Part shown: positions 18,416-28,185 of the stretch, piece by piece
Layout: each line of letters begins with the position of its first letter
Numbering within the stretch: position 1 is the first letter of the stretch
NCBI GenBank assembly: GCA_964536615.1
Contig: CAZHYG010000001.1
Span: 6,200-70,199, forward strand
Direction: 5' to 3'
DNA from: an uncultured Gammaproteobacteria bacterium
GTDB taxonomy: Bacteria > Patescibacteriota > Patescibacteriia > Magasanikbacterales > GWA2-37-8
DNA: 64,000 nt
Notes under the pieces: model-generated
The model's input: only the letters and a program-made list of their open reading frames with translations
Databases searched by the model: none
What the model was told of the DNA's origin: nothing
Program-made: the position numbers and the translations under genes

Positions 18416-21400
18416 ATGCTTAGAGAGCGTGTTTCCAACTCTGACTTTAAAGGCGCAGAAATCGGTAAGTATAAAAAAGGCAAGCGAGTAGTCGTTAATA
18501 TTGAAGGTGAGTGGCAAGTGCGAGAACTGTTTGCGCCTGCGGCTGTTGAAAAAGGCAAGCTAAAATTGACTCTTGATAAAGGTGATGAAATTTTTGTCGA
18601 TTCTCCTCCGAGAATTGTAAAATTTTCCAAGTTAGACACTTTAACCGACGATCGAAAAGGCGGGGATTTTGTTGTTCATGGTGCATTCGCCACTCAGGAT
18701 GGTCGTTTGGAATATAATCTTACAACACCTGACGGCAAGATGTATAAGGGTATACCGGAAGAATTTTTGGATGTCTGGTCAAAAACTGTGGCTATGGAAG
18801 CTGAGGTTGAAGATTTAGAAAATAATATACAAGCATTAGGGGTAAAAGCACAGAAAGATTTACATGAAAAAATAAGCAAATTAAAAACTGCCTTGATGGG
18901 TACTTTTGAAAATTTACCCAAAGATTTTAAGGCAATGACAAAATCAGGAAAAAAAGATGTTGCTAGTGCAGTCAAAAAAATTAAATCTTTGCATGCCGAG
19001 GCCGCTCGGCATATTGATGATTTGAGATTAAAAATAGACGAAGCTAAAGTTAATGGTGCCGGTAAAAAATCAAAAATCGAGCACACAGAGACTGATACAG
19101 ACAAGCAAACTAGAAAAGCGCAGGAAGAAGGCTCTGCCGCGTTTAAAACAAAAAAAGCAAAATCAGTGAAAGAGTTCATGGGAAAACGGCTGGAACAGGA
19201 CAAAGAAGAAGCGTTGGCAGATAAAAAAAGATCTGTTCGCAATGAATACGAGAGTAAATTAAAAGAATGGGAAGATCAAAAAAGAGCCATGGCTCGTCCG
19301 GAACCAAAACAGCCAAATTATAAGGCTATTCAGCTTGACGCTGTTGAAGAAAACACTATTAGGCAAGATTACGATAAGCAACTTGCACTAATGCCTCAAA
19401 AAATGGAATACGAAAATGCTATGGATATTAATCGCCACCTCGAGGATGGTTTTAACAGTCGGCGTACGCAGAAGCTTGATGAAGCCCTTGATGCAAAAAG
19501 AAAAAACACTAAAGATCCTAAGGCTGCTTTGAGCAAGCGCGAAGTAGCGATGGTTGAGAAAGAATTGCGCACCACATTGATTGGAGAGGCGGTAGAAGAT
19601 TTTTCAGAATTGAGTGCTGCGTTAGAGCAAAAAAGAAAAGCAATGGCTGCAAAAGAAGCAGACCCGAAAGCTGCCGGGGTTGATCCAAATACAGGCGATT
19701 ATCTATCTACTCGGCAAGAAGAAATCAACGCTCGTTTGTACGATGCTTTTATAAAAGAAAGAATTAAGCAGTACGATGTTGCTCGAAAAGATTTAGAAAG
19801 AGAAGAAAAAGATGAAATTTTTAAAGCATTAGAAAATAAAAAAGAAGAAGCGTATAAAAAGTTTTTAGCAGACAGCGCCGAGTGGGATATAGAAAAAAGC
19901 AAGCTTAAGAAGCGGCCTGATGAGCCTGTGGAAAGCAGTGTTGTATTAACAAAAGACGAAGAAAAACAGGTGGCTGCAAAATCAAAATTTGAAACTATTA
20001 AATATTTGGTTGATCAAAATACAGACCTTAAGTTTAGTTTGGTTAAAAAAAGAATGGAGAAAGCAAAAACAGATCCAGATAAAGAAAATATCATTACATT
20101 ATCAAACGGTGAATCTGATTATAATGATGATAAAAAAGATGAAGTAAATGCCGAATTATTTGATGAGGTGTTGGCAGATTGGGAAAAAACCTATGAGTTT
20201 AAAGAGAAAGAACACGATGCCAATGCAGAAATTTTTGATTTTACAAATGAAATAAATAAAATAAATGCTGCTGCGCTGGACTGTGAACAGTCTATTCCGC
20301 AAACAAATGGAGTACCGGATAAGCCGTACCAGGGAGTGTATAAGGAGCTGTTAAAAAATAAAAAAGATTTTGCCAACACTCTGACAGCGTTAAGCGGTAT
20401 AGATGCTGCTAAAAAAGCAGGTTTCATTGGAGCGGCCGATGGGCAAGAAGAGTTGTATAAGGCGCGCGAGCGAGAGGCCGAAAAAATTAATAAAATTATA
20501 GATGGGCTTACTCAACAAATAGAAAAAATAAAAACCATTGAAAGCTTTGGCGAGAAATTCGAACAAACAGAAAAAATGACGCCAATAGATTTGCGGTCTT
20601 CTTTGGTGGAAAGAATTTTGAGTTTAAATGTTGATCAAGCCAAAAAAGCTATGAAAGCGTTGTATCGCGGTGATGCAACGGAAGAATTTAAACAACTAAT
20701 TGGCGATACGCCGCCGGCTGGAATTTCTGAAGTTGAGTTACGCAAGGCAGGCATCAAAGATTGGGCTGATTTTAAAGAATTGTGGGATGCAAGATTGGCC
20801 AAGGAGGTGGCGGTCAATATGGAAGAAATGGCTAAGCAAAGAATTTTACAAAAAGTGGCCGAAGCTATGGATAGCCTTAGTGGTGTTTGGGAAAAAATTA
20901 AAGCCATAAAAGGACAAATGACACTTCGGGCTGGCTTAAGTGCTCTGCTTGTGGGCGGATCGGCAATGACGGCTCGAACACTGCTGGGTAGTTTTTCTGA
21001 AGTGCTTCATAGTGCGGCGGTAATGGCAGGCGGCGCGGCAGGCGGCGCGGGAAAATGGTTGGTGGGCAGTAAGCTTTTTGGTAAAGACAGCGCCTGGGGA
21101 AAAGATGGCGCAAAAGCGATGCAAAAATTACAAGCCAAAACAGCAGATGATTTAGTTGATAGTATTGTGGACGAAGCTTTTGAATTTGCGTTTTCTCCGG
21201 TTCAGCCGCCAGTGCAAAAAGGATTTTTTAGAAAAATGTGGTCTTTTGTTTCTAAACCAAGCGAGCAGGAATTTACTAAAACGCAGCATAAAAAACACAT
21301 GCTTGACGGCATGCCAATGATGAGTTCGGTAATTGCCGGTACGATTAGAGATATAACCGGAGGCAGTCTTGAAGTAGAAACTGCTGAAGGCAAAGTTACC

Positions 21401-24127
21401 TTAAGTGGCGCAAATAGAATTAAGTTTGAAAAAGCATTAGGTCGTCTAGAAACCCAAAATCCCGAAGAAGAGCAGGTTAAAAATCTAGCTTTGGTTTTTG
21501 CAAAAATGTCTCAAAAAGGCGATGAGCTGCAAGCTCAAATGAAACATTTGGGACCAGGCAAGGCATCGCTTGGCGATACATGGCTGCAAAATTATTCTGG
21601 TCGCGGCAGTTTGGGCAAATCGGTGGCGATAAATTCCGCTTTAGCAGGTGTATTTTTGGCATCGAGTACAGCCAGGGCTGCGTTTGGCGCGGTTGTTGGT
21701 GCGTATAGTGGCTATAAAACCGGCGAAAGAATGTTTGCCAAAAAAGAACAGCAAGTTGCTAAAGAAAAATTGTTGGAAAAAATTTCTCATTTTACTTACG
21801 GAGTCCAATCATTTGAGGCGCTTACTCCTCAAGCAAAAATTGCGTTTAAAGCTGATTTAATATACCTTAAGAAATTCTTACACGGAAATGCCGCTCAGGA
21901 AGATCTATTGGCCGCAGTGCAAATTACCGAAGCTGGGCCAGTCGTAGACCAAATGCTTCTTTCGCAGATAGAAAGCTTGATTCACGAGGCGGAAGATATG
22001 GGTGCGTTAATAGAAAATAAAGAAGATGGGATGAATTTAGAAAAAGTATTGGCAGCCATGCAAGAATATCAGGGCAAAATTTCTGAAAAAGATAAGAAAA
22101 AAGTTGGTGAGCGATTTGCAAGATGGCTGGCAAAAGGAGTGTACAAGTTTGGCGGTGCCGCAGTCGGTGGCGCGGCAAGTGCTGGAATATATCTTGTTGG
22201 CGGGCCATTAATTGGAAAGGCTGTTGGAGCATTGCGTTCAAAACTTGGTTTGGGTGCAACACATGATCTTGTATCAACTGAGTCTGCAAAGAACATTGCT
22301 GTAGAACATATCGACGGATTAGAATCATACCAAGACAACTCCAGTGCTTTAGAGCGTGCAGATGGTTTGGTTTCGTATCCAGACGGTTCCGGTTTTGCAG
22401 AAAATATAAATCCAGATGTAGCAAACTTTGCAGCCGAACATCATTTAAGCGAACATTCAGCCCAATATCTAAATCAATTTGGTTCGTTGCAAACACACCC
22501 AGAATCGCTTAATAGAATTTTGGAAGCAAGCCATATTGGAGGTGATGGCCGCTCGCATTTTACCGGCAGTAAATTAGATAATCTTATAGAAGTTGGCGGT
22601 GAGCGTCGCGCTGTGATTTTTGAAGAGTTGTTAAAACATGATAAGCAAGCAGCGATTAAATTTTTGGAAGATCAAGATTTTAGCAAACAGCACCTTACCC
22701 ACCTGGCTGTTTTTGCAGACAAAAAAGGCCATGTTGACTTTGTTAAATTTGTAGAGAAATATAATCCAAATGATAAAAAAATGTCCTTGGCTTTGTTTAA
22801 AGCCATGCAAGGTAAAGAAAACACCGAGCTGGCCAATGCTGGGTTTGTCCGTGCAGCCACAGCTGATCATACAGGCCGAATAGTTCAAGTAAAAGGCGGG
22901 GTGGAATATTTCGGCTTGGATAAAAATGGTAAGCCAATTTTGAGCGGAGATGGCCAGGTGATGGTGAGAGAAACTATTTTGAGGACAGGTTCAGCAGCTG
23001 AACATAACGAAGGTTTAAGTACTGATGATAAATTATGGGCAAATGCCAATGTTATGCGCGGTATGCGGGCTGACGGCACCCCATTTGAAGGTGATACCAA
23101 AAATGTTTTGCCTGAATTTTCACCTAAAGGTATCGCTCAGTTTATGCAAGGCGAAGCAGATAAAGCTCAGTTTGCTAAAATGGGCGAAGAGCATATCAAT
23201 GCGTTGGACAGACCGATTGGTAGAAATGATGTTACTCTTACCAAATTTAACGTAACCCATTTACTGGATAAAGAGGGTAATCCAATTGAGCGAAGGACTT
23301 TTGCAGAACAGCCTGCCGAATCTCCGGTACCAGATAATGCGTTCAAACCACTTAAGAATCCTCAAACAAGCAAAGAAATTGCTGGTAAAACAGCCGCTAT
23401 CTATACTGCTGATAAACTAGTGGAAAGAGGGCAGGTTGTGGGAAATAGAGGGGTGAGAAGTAGTTCTCCTTCAGAAGAAATGGTTTCTCGAAGTGAATTT
23501 GCGCAAACTGAAGAAGTTAATTCTTCTCCTTTGGTTGAAGCTGGATCAGAAACAAAACCCGCAGCAAAAGTTGAAACTACACCCAATACTTTAGAGTTAA
23601 CGGAAGCGCAGAGAGATTATGTAGATAAGCTAAATAATGTATTTAGATCTCTTACTGAAAATGAAATCGGTCAAAAAATGGACTCATACACGTTTAAAAA
23701 TGATTCTGAAAATGTAATATATAATGCTATAACTAATGAGTCAGCTTTTAAAAACTTCAGAGACTATATTGAAAGCCTTTCAAATAATAAGCAACCAAGC
23801 TTAAGTCAGCAAGAAATAAGAGAGTTTGACAACCTGTTAAAAACTTACGATGCTGGTAACCAAAATTGGTACAAGATGATTAAAAATGACGAGCTTCGCT
23901 TGATGCTTGATCCTAGTGACGCATCTATGGTTGCAAATAATAGTCATGCAGTAAGAATTTGGGACCAGGAAAAACAGGAAGAGTTGTTTATTACCAACCC
24001 TCAGTATACTTTTGTAACAAAAGGTGATAGCCTCTTGAAAATGGATGGTGATAGAGTGGTGGATACATGGAAAAACTACAAAGAAGCGATTGCTACCGCT
24101 AGACAGTCTTCAAATATGAATAGATAA
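18416..24127 (+). CDS. Giant (1903 aa) K/E-rich coiled-coil low-complexity protein with Gly/Ala-rich amphipathic segments and a ~500-aa globular C-terminal region
   Basis: Uninterrupted 5.7-kb ORF in host-like codon usage. Segments such as AGGAAGGAGKWLVGSKLFGKDSAWGKDG and GGAAVGGAASAGIYLVGGPLIGKAVGAL. A strong hairpin terminator lies downstream. Confidence 0.75.
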   Translation: MLRERVSNSDFKGAEIGKYKKGKRVVVNIEGEWQVRELFAPAAVEKGKLKLTLDKGDEIFVDSPPRIVKFSKLDTLTDDRKGGDFVVHGAFATQDGRLEYNLTTPDGKMYKGIPEEFLDVWSKTVAMEAEVEDLENNIQALGVKAQKDLHEKISKLKTALMGTFENLPKDFKAMTKSGKKDVASAVKKIKSLHAEAARHIDDLRLKIDEAKVNGAGKKSKIEHTETDTDKQTRKAQEEGSAAFKTKKAKSVKEFMGKRLEQDKEEALADKKRSVRNEYESKLKEWEDQKRAMARPEPKQPNYKAIQLDAVEENTIRQDYDKQLALMPQKMEYENAMDINRHLEDGFNSRRTQKLDEALDAKRKNTKDPKAALSKREVAMVEKELRTTLIGEAVEDFSELSAALEQKRKAMAAKEADPKAAGVDPNTGDYLSTRQEEINARLYDAFIKERIKQYDVARKDLEREEKDEIFKALENKKEEAYKKFLADSAEWDIEKSKLKKRPDEPVESSVVLTKDEEKQVAAKSKFETIKYLVDQNTDLKFSLVKKRMEKAKTDPDKENIITLSNGESDYNDDKKDEVNAELFDEVLADWEKTYEFKEKEHDANAEIFDFTNEINKINAAALDCEQSIPQTNGVPDKPYQGVYKELLKNKKDFANTLTALSGIDAAKKAGFIGAADGQEELYKAREREAEKINKIIDGLTQQIEKIKTIESFGEKFEQTEKMTPIDLRSSLVERILSLNVDQAKKAMKALYRGDATEEFKQLIGDTPPAGISEVELRKAGIKDWADFKELWDARLAKEVAVNMEEMAKQRILQKVAEAMDSLSGVWEKIKAIKGQMTLRAGLSALLVGGSAMTARTLLGSFSEVLHSAAVMAGGAAGGAGKWLVGSKLFGKDSAWGKDGAKAMQKLQAKTADDLVDSIVDEAFEFAFSPVQPPVQKGFFRKMWSFVSKPSEQEFTKTQHKKHMLDGMPMMSSVIAGTIRDITGGSLEVETAEGKVTLSGANRIKFEKALGRLETQNPEEEQVKNLALVFAKMSQKGDELQAQMKHLGPGKASLGDTWLQNYSGRGSLGKSVAINSALAGVFLASSTARAAFGAVVGAYSGYKTGERMFAKKEQQVAKEKLLEKISHFTYGVQSFEALTPQAKIAFKADLIYLKKFLHGNAAQEDLLAAVQITEAGPVVDQMLLSQIESLIHEAEDMGALIENKEDGMNLEKVLAAMQEYQGKISEKDKKKVGERFARWLAKGVYKFGGAAVGGAASAGIYLVGGPLIGKAVGALRSKLGLGATHDLVSTESAKNIAVEHIDGLESYQDNSSALERADGLVSYPDGSGFAENINPDVANFAAEHHLSEHSAQYLNQFGSLQTHPESLNRILEASHIGGDGRSHFTGSKLDNLIEVGGERRAVIFEELLKHDKQAAIKFLEDQDFSKQHLTHLAVFADKKGHVDFVKFVEKYNPNDKKMSLALFKAMQGKENTELANAGFVRAATADHTGRIVQVKGGVEYFGLDKNGKPILSGDGQVMVRETILRTGSAAEHNEGLSTDDKLWANANVMRGMRADGTPFEGDTKNVLPEFSPKGIAQFMQGEADKAQFAKMGEEHINALDRPIGRNDVTLTKFNVTHLLDKEGNPIERRTFAEQPAESPVPDNAFKPLKNPQTSKEIAGKTAAIYTADKLVERGQVVGNRGVRSSSPSEEMVSRSEFAQTEEVNSSPLVEAGSETKPAAKVETTPNTLELTEAQRDYVDKLNNVFRSLTENEIGQKMDSYTFKNDSENVIYNAITNESAFKNFRDYIESLSNNKQPSLSQQEIREFDNLLKTYDAGNQNWYKMIKNDELRLMLDPSDASMVANNSHAVRIWDQEKQEELFITNPQYTFVTKGDSLLKMDGDRVVDTWKNYKEAIATARQSSNMNR

Positions 24128-24148
24128 TTGATAATAACTAAAAAGTTA

Positions 24149-24188
24149 GAAAAACCTTGGTGAAAACCTAAGGTTTTTCTTTTATTTT
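24149..24188 (+). terminator. Rho-independent terminator after the giant gene
   Basis: GAAAAACCTTGG-tgaaaa-CCTAAGGTTTTTC followed by a T-rich tract. Confidence 0.65.
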
Positions 24189-24220
24189 AGCCAAAAATAC
24201 CCAAAAATACCTTCTAGCTA

Positions 24221-24249
24221 TTGACAAAAATAACAATGTATGGTATAGT
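24221..24249 (+). promoter_or_regulatory. Near-consensus promoter TTGACA-N17-(TGg)TATAGT directed into the high-GC island
   Basis: ctaTTGACAaaaataacaatgtatggTATAGTg. Confidence 0.55.
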
Positions 24250-24277
24250 GCTCTATCGTTTGAAAGATGGCAGTATT

Positions 24278-24360
24278 GCGAGAGGTATTGCCAAACCTAT
24301 TAAACGAATGAATAGTCATGTTAGTTTTTTACAACCTCTCTCGCAAAGTGAGGTTTTACT
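24278..24360 (+). promoter_or_regulatory. Leader region with mutually exclusive hairpins (attenuator-like) and a possible 25-codon leader ORF
   Basis: GCGAGAGGT (24278-86) pairs with ACCTCTCTCGC (24334-44). This overlaps a terminator-like AACCTC-tctcgcaaagt-GAGGTT plus a U-run (24333-24360). The ORF ATGaatagtcat... (24308) spans both. Confidence 0.35.
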
Positions 24361-24492
24361 GTTTCTAATTAGCGCGTCAATGTAATAGTTGATGTGCGAA
24401 CCGGTAACGGTAACACTCGTGCGCTTCGTGTGGTCGAGTGACCTTGCGAAGCAAACGGGAGTGAGGCGCCTTAGATGCGCCTTGGAGGTTCC

Positions 24493-25224
24493 ATGCACAC
24501 GCCTTCCTCGGGTACGCAGCAGATCACTGGCCAGCAGGCCGCCGTCAAGACCCAGGTCATCGATCGTGGCGGCTGGTCGAGCTGGGCCAGGCTCGCCTTC
24601 GTCGCGCTGGCTGTGATGCTCATCACCGGGCTCATCGCCTGGTCGGTGGTGGGTGGCGGCAAGAAGCCGTCCGCCGCGGGTGGCAGCGTCCACCACGCCG
24701 CCGACGGTGGTGTTGCCAGCGACGACAAGCCGGTCGTCGAGGCCACGAAGCCGCCCACGGTCGCGCTCGACCTGAGCCCGCTCAACACGAGCTTGAACGA
24801 GCTCAACACCACCTTGGGTGGCATGGGCGATAGCATCGCCAGCAAGGTCGGCGAGAAGATGGACGAGAGCAACGAGGTGATCGTCCAGAAGCTCGACCAG
24901 CTGCTCGCGCAGCAGGCCAAGCCGGATGATTCGTCCGGTGGCTCGGCAGGGGACAAGACCGACGACACCAAGGTCAACGGTGGCAGTGATGCCAAGCCAC
25001 CGTGCGACGATCATCTCAAGGCGCTCACGATCGAAGATCGTGTTGGCGCGCTAGAGACGTGGCGTACCGGGGTCGACAAGACCCTCAAGCGCCACACCCG
25101 GCAGATTCGTCGGATCAACGACCGCCTCGGTCAGCTCAGTGGTGCGCAGGTCACCGACCTGCCCGGCTACAAGACCGCGGTGGCGACCCACAGCGCTGTC
25201 GTGCACCTGAAGTACGACAAGTAG
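24493..25224 (+). CDS. Membrane-anchored (single N-terminal TM) coiled-coil protein; high-GC foreign gene
   Basis: GGAGGT SD 5 nt upstream. GC3-rich codons. TM WARLAFVALAVMLITGLIAWSVV, then a hydrophilic helical region. The antisense ORFs on the other strand are R/D-rich and judged spurious. Confidence 0.6.
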   Translation: MHTPSSGTQQITGQQAAVKTQVIDRGGWSSWARLAFVALAVMLITGLIAWSVVGGGKKPSAAGGSVHHAADGGVASDDKPVVEATKPPTVALDLSPLNTSLNELNTTLGGMGDSIASKVGEKMDESNEVIVQKLDQLLAQQAKPDDSSGGSAGDKTDDTKVNGGSDAKPPCDDHLKALTIEDRVGALETWRTGVDKTLKRHTRQIRRINDRLGQLSGAQVTDLPGYKTAVATHSAVVHLKYDK

Positions 25225-25573
25225 ATTCCTCCTCAACCAGGCTGTCGTCAGATCGAGAAATCGAACTGACAACGCCTCAAGAGGGGAAGACGGGATGTTC
25301 TTCGCAAGAAGAGCATCCCGGGAGAAAATCATCTTCTTAAAACATATCATGTATTAGGAATATGATAAGCTCTAACAAAGCGAAAAGAAAATATAGTTCT
25401 TTAAAATTAAAAAACAAACAAAAGTAACCGTTGTTCCGTATTTATTATATTTATTAATATATATAAATAAATATATATAGTAAGTACGGAGCGACGGTTA
25501 AAAACACCGTCACCAACAACTCCCAGGCCCAACGGCCTGAAACCGGCCGTTGTGGCCAACCTTTGCCGGCTCT
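25217..25573 (+). repeat. 357-bp intergenic cassette, copy 1 (identical to 26458..26814)
   Basis: Begins at the last codons (caagtag) of the upstream gene. Contains two GNRA-tetraloop hairpins (GTCAGATCGA-GAAA-TCGAACTGAC; GGATGTTCTTC-GCAA-GAAGAGCATCC) and a TATCAT/ATGATA inverted repeat. A 44-bp AT-rich block is flanked by the imperfect inverted repeat aaccgttgttccgta/tacggagcgacggtt, followed by GACGGT-taaaaac-ACCGTC and CAACGGCC-tgaaacc-GGCCGTTG hairpins. Confidence 0.85.
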
Positions 25574-25601
25574 AATGGAGCCAGAATTGCGAGTTCAGTC
25601 A

Positions 25602-26465
25602 ATGAAGACGATCCTTTGCGTGATGATGCTTGCCATCGCAACCTTCGGCGGCAACGCCAAGGCACAGCCCCGGGTCACCGTGACGCAGGACGTGCCGCCC
25701 CCGGAGCCCTGTGCTCCGGGCCAGCCGCGTGACACGGTCTCGCACGACGCCTCGGGCGTCGACGAGACCATCAAGGTCAACGGCCTCGAGACCCCGTGTC
25801 TCGAGCTCACGGTCCACCTGCCCAAGGCGATGGATCCGGCGCTTGCGCCGATCATCCCCACGGCCCCCATCGACAACGATGGTGGCCTGGATCGCCACGG
25901 CACGAGCACCAACGATCTCATCGAGATCTCGCGCACGGCTGCCTCGGCGGCCAACGAGGTCGCAAAGGCTCAGGCGCGGTGGAACTTCGGGCTGGCGAGC
26001 CAGGTGCTCGCGGTCTCGCACAAGGGCACGACCGCCTCGTATGGCCTCCTCGGCCTGTACGGTGTACGTGCCACCCGGGCCACGCTCGTTCAGCTGCAGG
26101 GTGGTCTCGGCAAGGACAGCGAGGGGAATCTCGCTATCGGCGCCGCGCTCATGGCGGGATACAAGGTCGGTGAGCGTGCTGCTGTTGGCATCGCGCTCAC
26201 CGGCACCGATTCCATCGATCAGAGGGGAGACAAGGATCGCGAGGTCCTCATGCTCCGTTCGGTCGGGGTCGGCCCCAGCGTCACGATGACGTTGGGCAGC
26301 ACCGTCAACGTCACCATCGCTGGTGGCGTGGCATGGAGCGGTAAGCCCATTGATGGGCGTCGTGTGGACGGTGTCCTGGTCGAAGAGCCGGGGCGTTCTT
26401 ACGCCTTCGGTGGCTACGGCACGGTCACGCTGAACCTCGGCCTCAAGGGCCTGTTCAGCAAGTAG
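25602..26465 (+). CDS. Secreted protein (signal peptide, beta-rich C-terminal half); high-GC foreign gene
   Basis: MKTILCVMMLAIATFGGNAKA-QP signal peptide. Alternating hydrophobic beta-strand-like pattern (VTMTLGSTVNVTIAGGVAWSG...YGTVTLNLGLKGLFSK). GC3-rich. Confidence 0.6.
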   Translation: MKTILCVMMLAIATFGGNAKAQPRVTVTQDVPPPEPCAPGQPRDTVSHDASGVDETIKVNGLETPCLELTVHLPKAMDPALAPIIPTAPIDNDGGLDRHGTSTNDLIEISRTAASAANEVAKAQARWNFGLASQVLAVSHKGTTASYGLLGLYGVRATRATLVQLQGGLGKDSEGNLAIGAALMAGYKVGERAAVGIALTGTDSIDQRGDKDREVLMLRSVGVGPSVTMTLGSTVNVTIAGGVAWSGKPIDGRRVDGVLVEEPGRSYAFGGYGTVTLNLGLKGLFSK

Positions 26466-26814
26466 ATTCCTCCTCAACCAGGCTGTCGTCAGATCGAGAA
26501 ATCGAACTGACAACGCCTCAAGAGGGGAAGACGGGATGTTCTTCGCAAGAAGAGCATCCCGGGAGAAAATCATCTTCTTAAAACATATCATGTATTAGGA
26601 ATATGATAAGCTCTAACAAAGCGAAAAGAAAATATAGTTCTTTAAAATTAAAAAACAAACAAAAGTAACCGTTGTTCCGTATTTATTATATTTATTAATA
26701 TATATAAATAAATATATATAGTAAGTACGGAGCGACGGTTAAAAACACCGTCACCAACAACTCCCAGGCCCAACGGCCTGAAACCGGCCGTTGTGGCCAA
26801 CCTTTGCCGGCTCT
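26458..26814 (+). repeat. 357-bp intergenic cassette, copy 2
   Basis: Base-for-base the same as 25217..25573 by reading, again starting at the caagtag stop region of the preceding gene and ending at gccggctct just before the next gene's RBS. Confidence 0.85.
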
Positions 26815-26834
26815 TCGGAGCCATGGAGAAAGAC

Positions 26835-28185
26835 GATGAAGAAGCTGATGATGTATCTGGTGTGCGTGGCGGCCCTCACGGGCTGCCTCCTCGAGAATGG
26901 CAAGGTCGTCGACGAGACGACCGACGCTGGTGTCGACGCCTCCGAGAGCAAGTGTACGGTCACCATCCGAGCGACCGACAGCATCGCCAACGAGAACGGC
27001 GACACCGCCATGGTGCAGTTCGAGCGGAGCAACTGCTCCCTCGACAAGCAGCTCGAGGTCAAGTTCGACCTCAGCGGTACGGCCAGCAGCTCCGACTACG
27101 TGGGGCTCGCGGAGTGGTACGCCCTCATCCCTGCCGGTCAGACCGAGGCCACCATCGTGGTGGTCCCGTTCAACGACACGATCGACGAGAGCGACGAGAC
27201 CCTGATCTTCACCATCCGTCCGGAGCCCCACCTCATCGTGGGTGCGCCGGCCGCGGCGACGGTGACGATCACCGATGACGACAGCCCGCCGCCCACGCCG
27301 TTCCTGAACTTCAGCTGCAGCCCCAACGGCATCACTGCCGGCGGTAGCAGCACCTGCACGTGGACTTCGAACGCCACGGCGTGCACGCTCTCCGGTGGCC
27401 AGTTCGGCTCCGGGGTGGCTCAGGCGGGTAACGGTTCGGTCGTGGTGAGCAACATCACCACGACCACGACTTTCGGCATGACCTGTAACAACGGTCAGAC
27501 CAAGTCGTCGACGGTGACGGTCAATACGCAGCAGCAGTGCACTGGCAACGGTACCCTGACGGCGAACACCCTGTTCATCGTCGTGGGGAGCCCCATCGAC
27601 TTGGACGCGACGTTCAACTGTCCGTCCGGTACGATCGCCCGAGTCGAGTTCAAGGTGGGTAGCACCACCCTCTGCACCGACACGAGCGCGGCCTACCACT
27701 GCGACTGGGACAATGCCACTGTCGGCACGCACACCGTCATCGCGACGGCGTACTCGGCGAGTGGCACCCAGCTCCAGCAGACCAACCCCCTCCAGATCGA
27801 GGTGGCGCAGACGTCGCAGCAGGTGTCGTGTCACGGCCTCGGCCTCTACTTCTCCAACACCCAGGTGAACAACATCACCCGGTGCACGAAGTGGAGCGCT
27901 ACGGGGTCGGGTACCGACATCGCCAAGTCGACGTTCGTGGATGGCGGTCTGGGCGCTTGCGCCCTGACCTGCTACGACCTCACGGGTAACACGGTCCTGC
28001 CGCTGGCGGTGACCGGTGTCTGGCTGCAGAACGGAACGAGCGACGTCACCCGGTGGTACACCAGTGGCTGCGCGCGGCTCCCGTGGCACCCCGCTGCCGA
28101 GCCCGACCAGGCTGGTGGCGCCTGGGACCGGCTTTGCGATCGTTCGGTCGCCAGCCTGAGTGGTCCGCCCAACACCAACCAGTAG
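26835..28185 (+). CDS. Lipoprotein with a Calx-beta-like domain and Cys-rich Ig-like repeats; high-GC foreign gene
   Basis: GGAG SD. MKKLMMYLVCVAALTGC lipobox (LTGC). Calx-beta-like motif DYVGLAEWYALIPAGQTEATIVVVPFNDTIDESDETLIFTI. Many Cys and Thr/Ser-rich beta segments. Confidence 0.6.

Noticed and set aside
18694-19242. 182-aa minus-strand ORF inside the giant gene
   Set aside because: It is an S/F/L-rich antisense translation of a K/E-rich coding region. The 5.7-kb plus-strand ORF is clearly the real one.
25599-26591. 330-aa minus-strand ORF (and the 99-aa ORF at 25051-25350) starting inside the 357-bp cassette and running antisense through the island genes
   Set aside because: Their translations are R/D/G-rich and low complexity, as expected from the antisense of high-GC coding DNA. 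The plus-strand frames have signal peptides, RBSs and GC3 bias. They are treated as spurious.
26695-28089. 464-aa minus-strand ORF opposite the Calx-beta lipoprotein gene, plus several 100-190-aa ORFs in other frames across 24.3-30.1 kb
   Set aside because: High GC suppresses stop codons in all frames. These have no RBS and no coherent domain pattern, and read as R/G/D-rich. They are antisense or out-of-frame artefacts.
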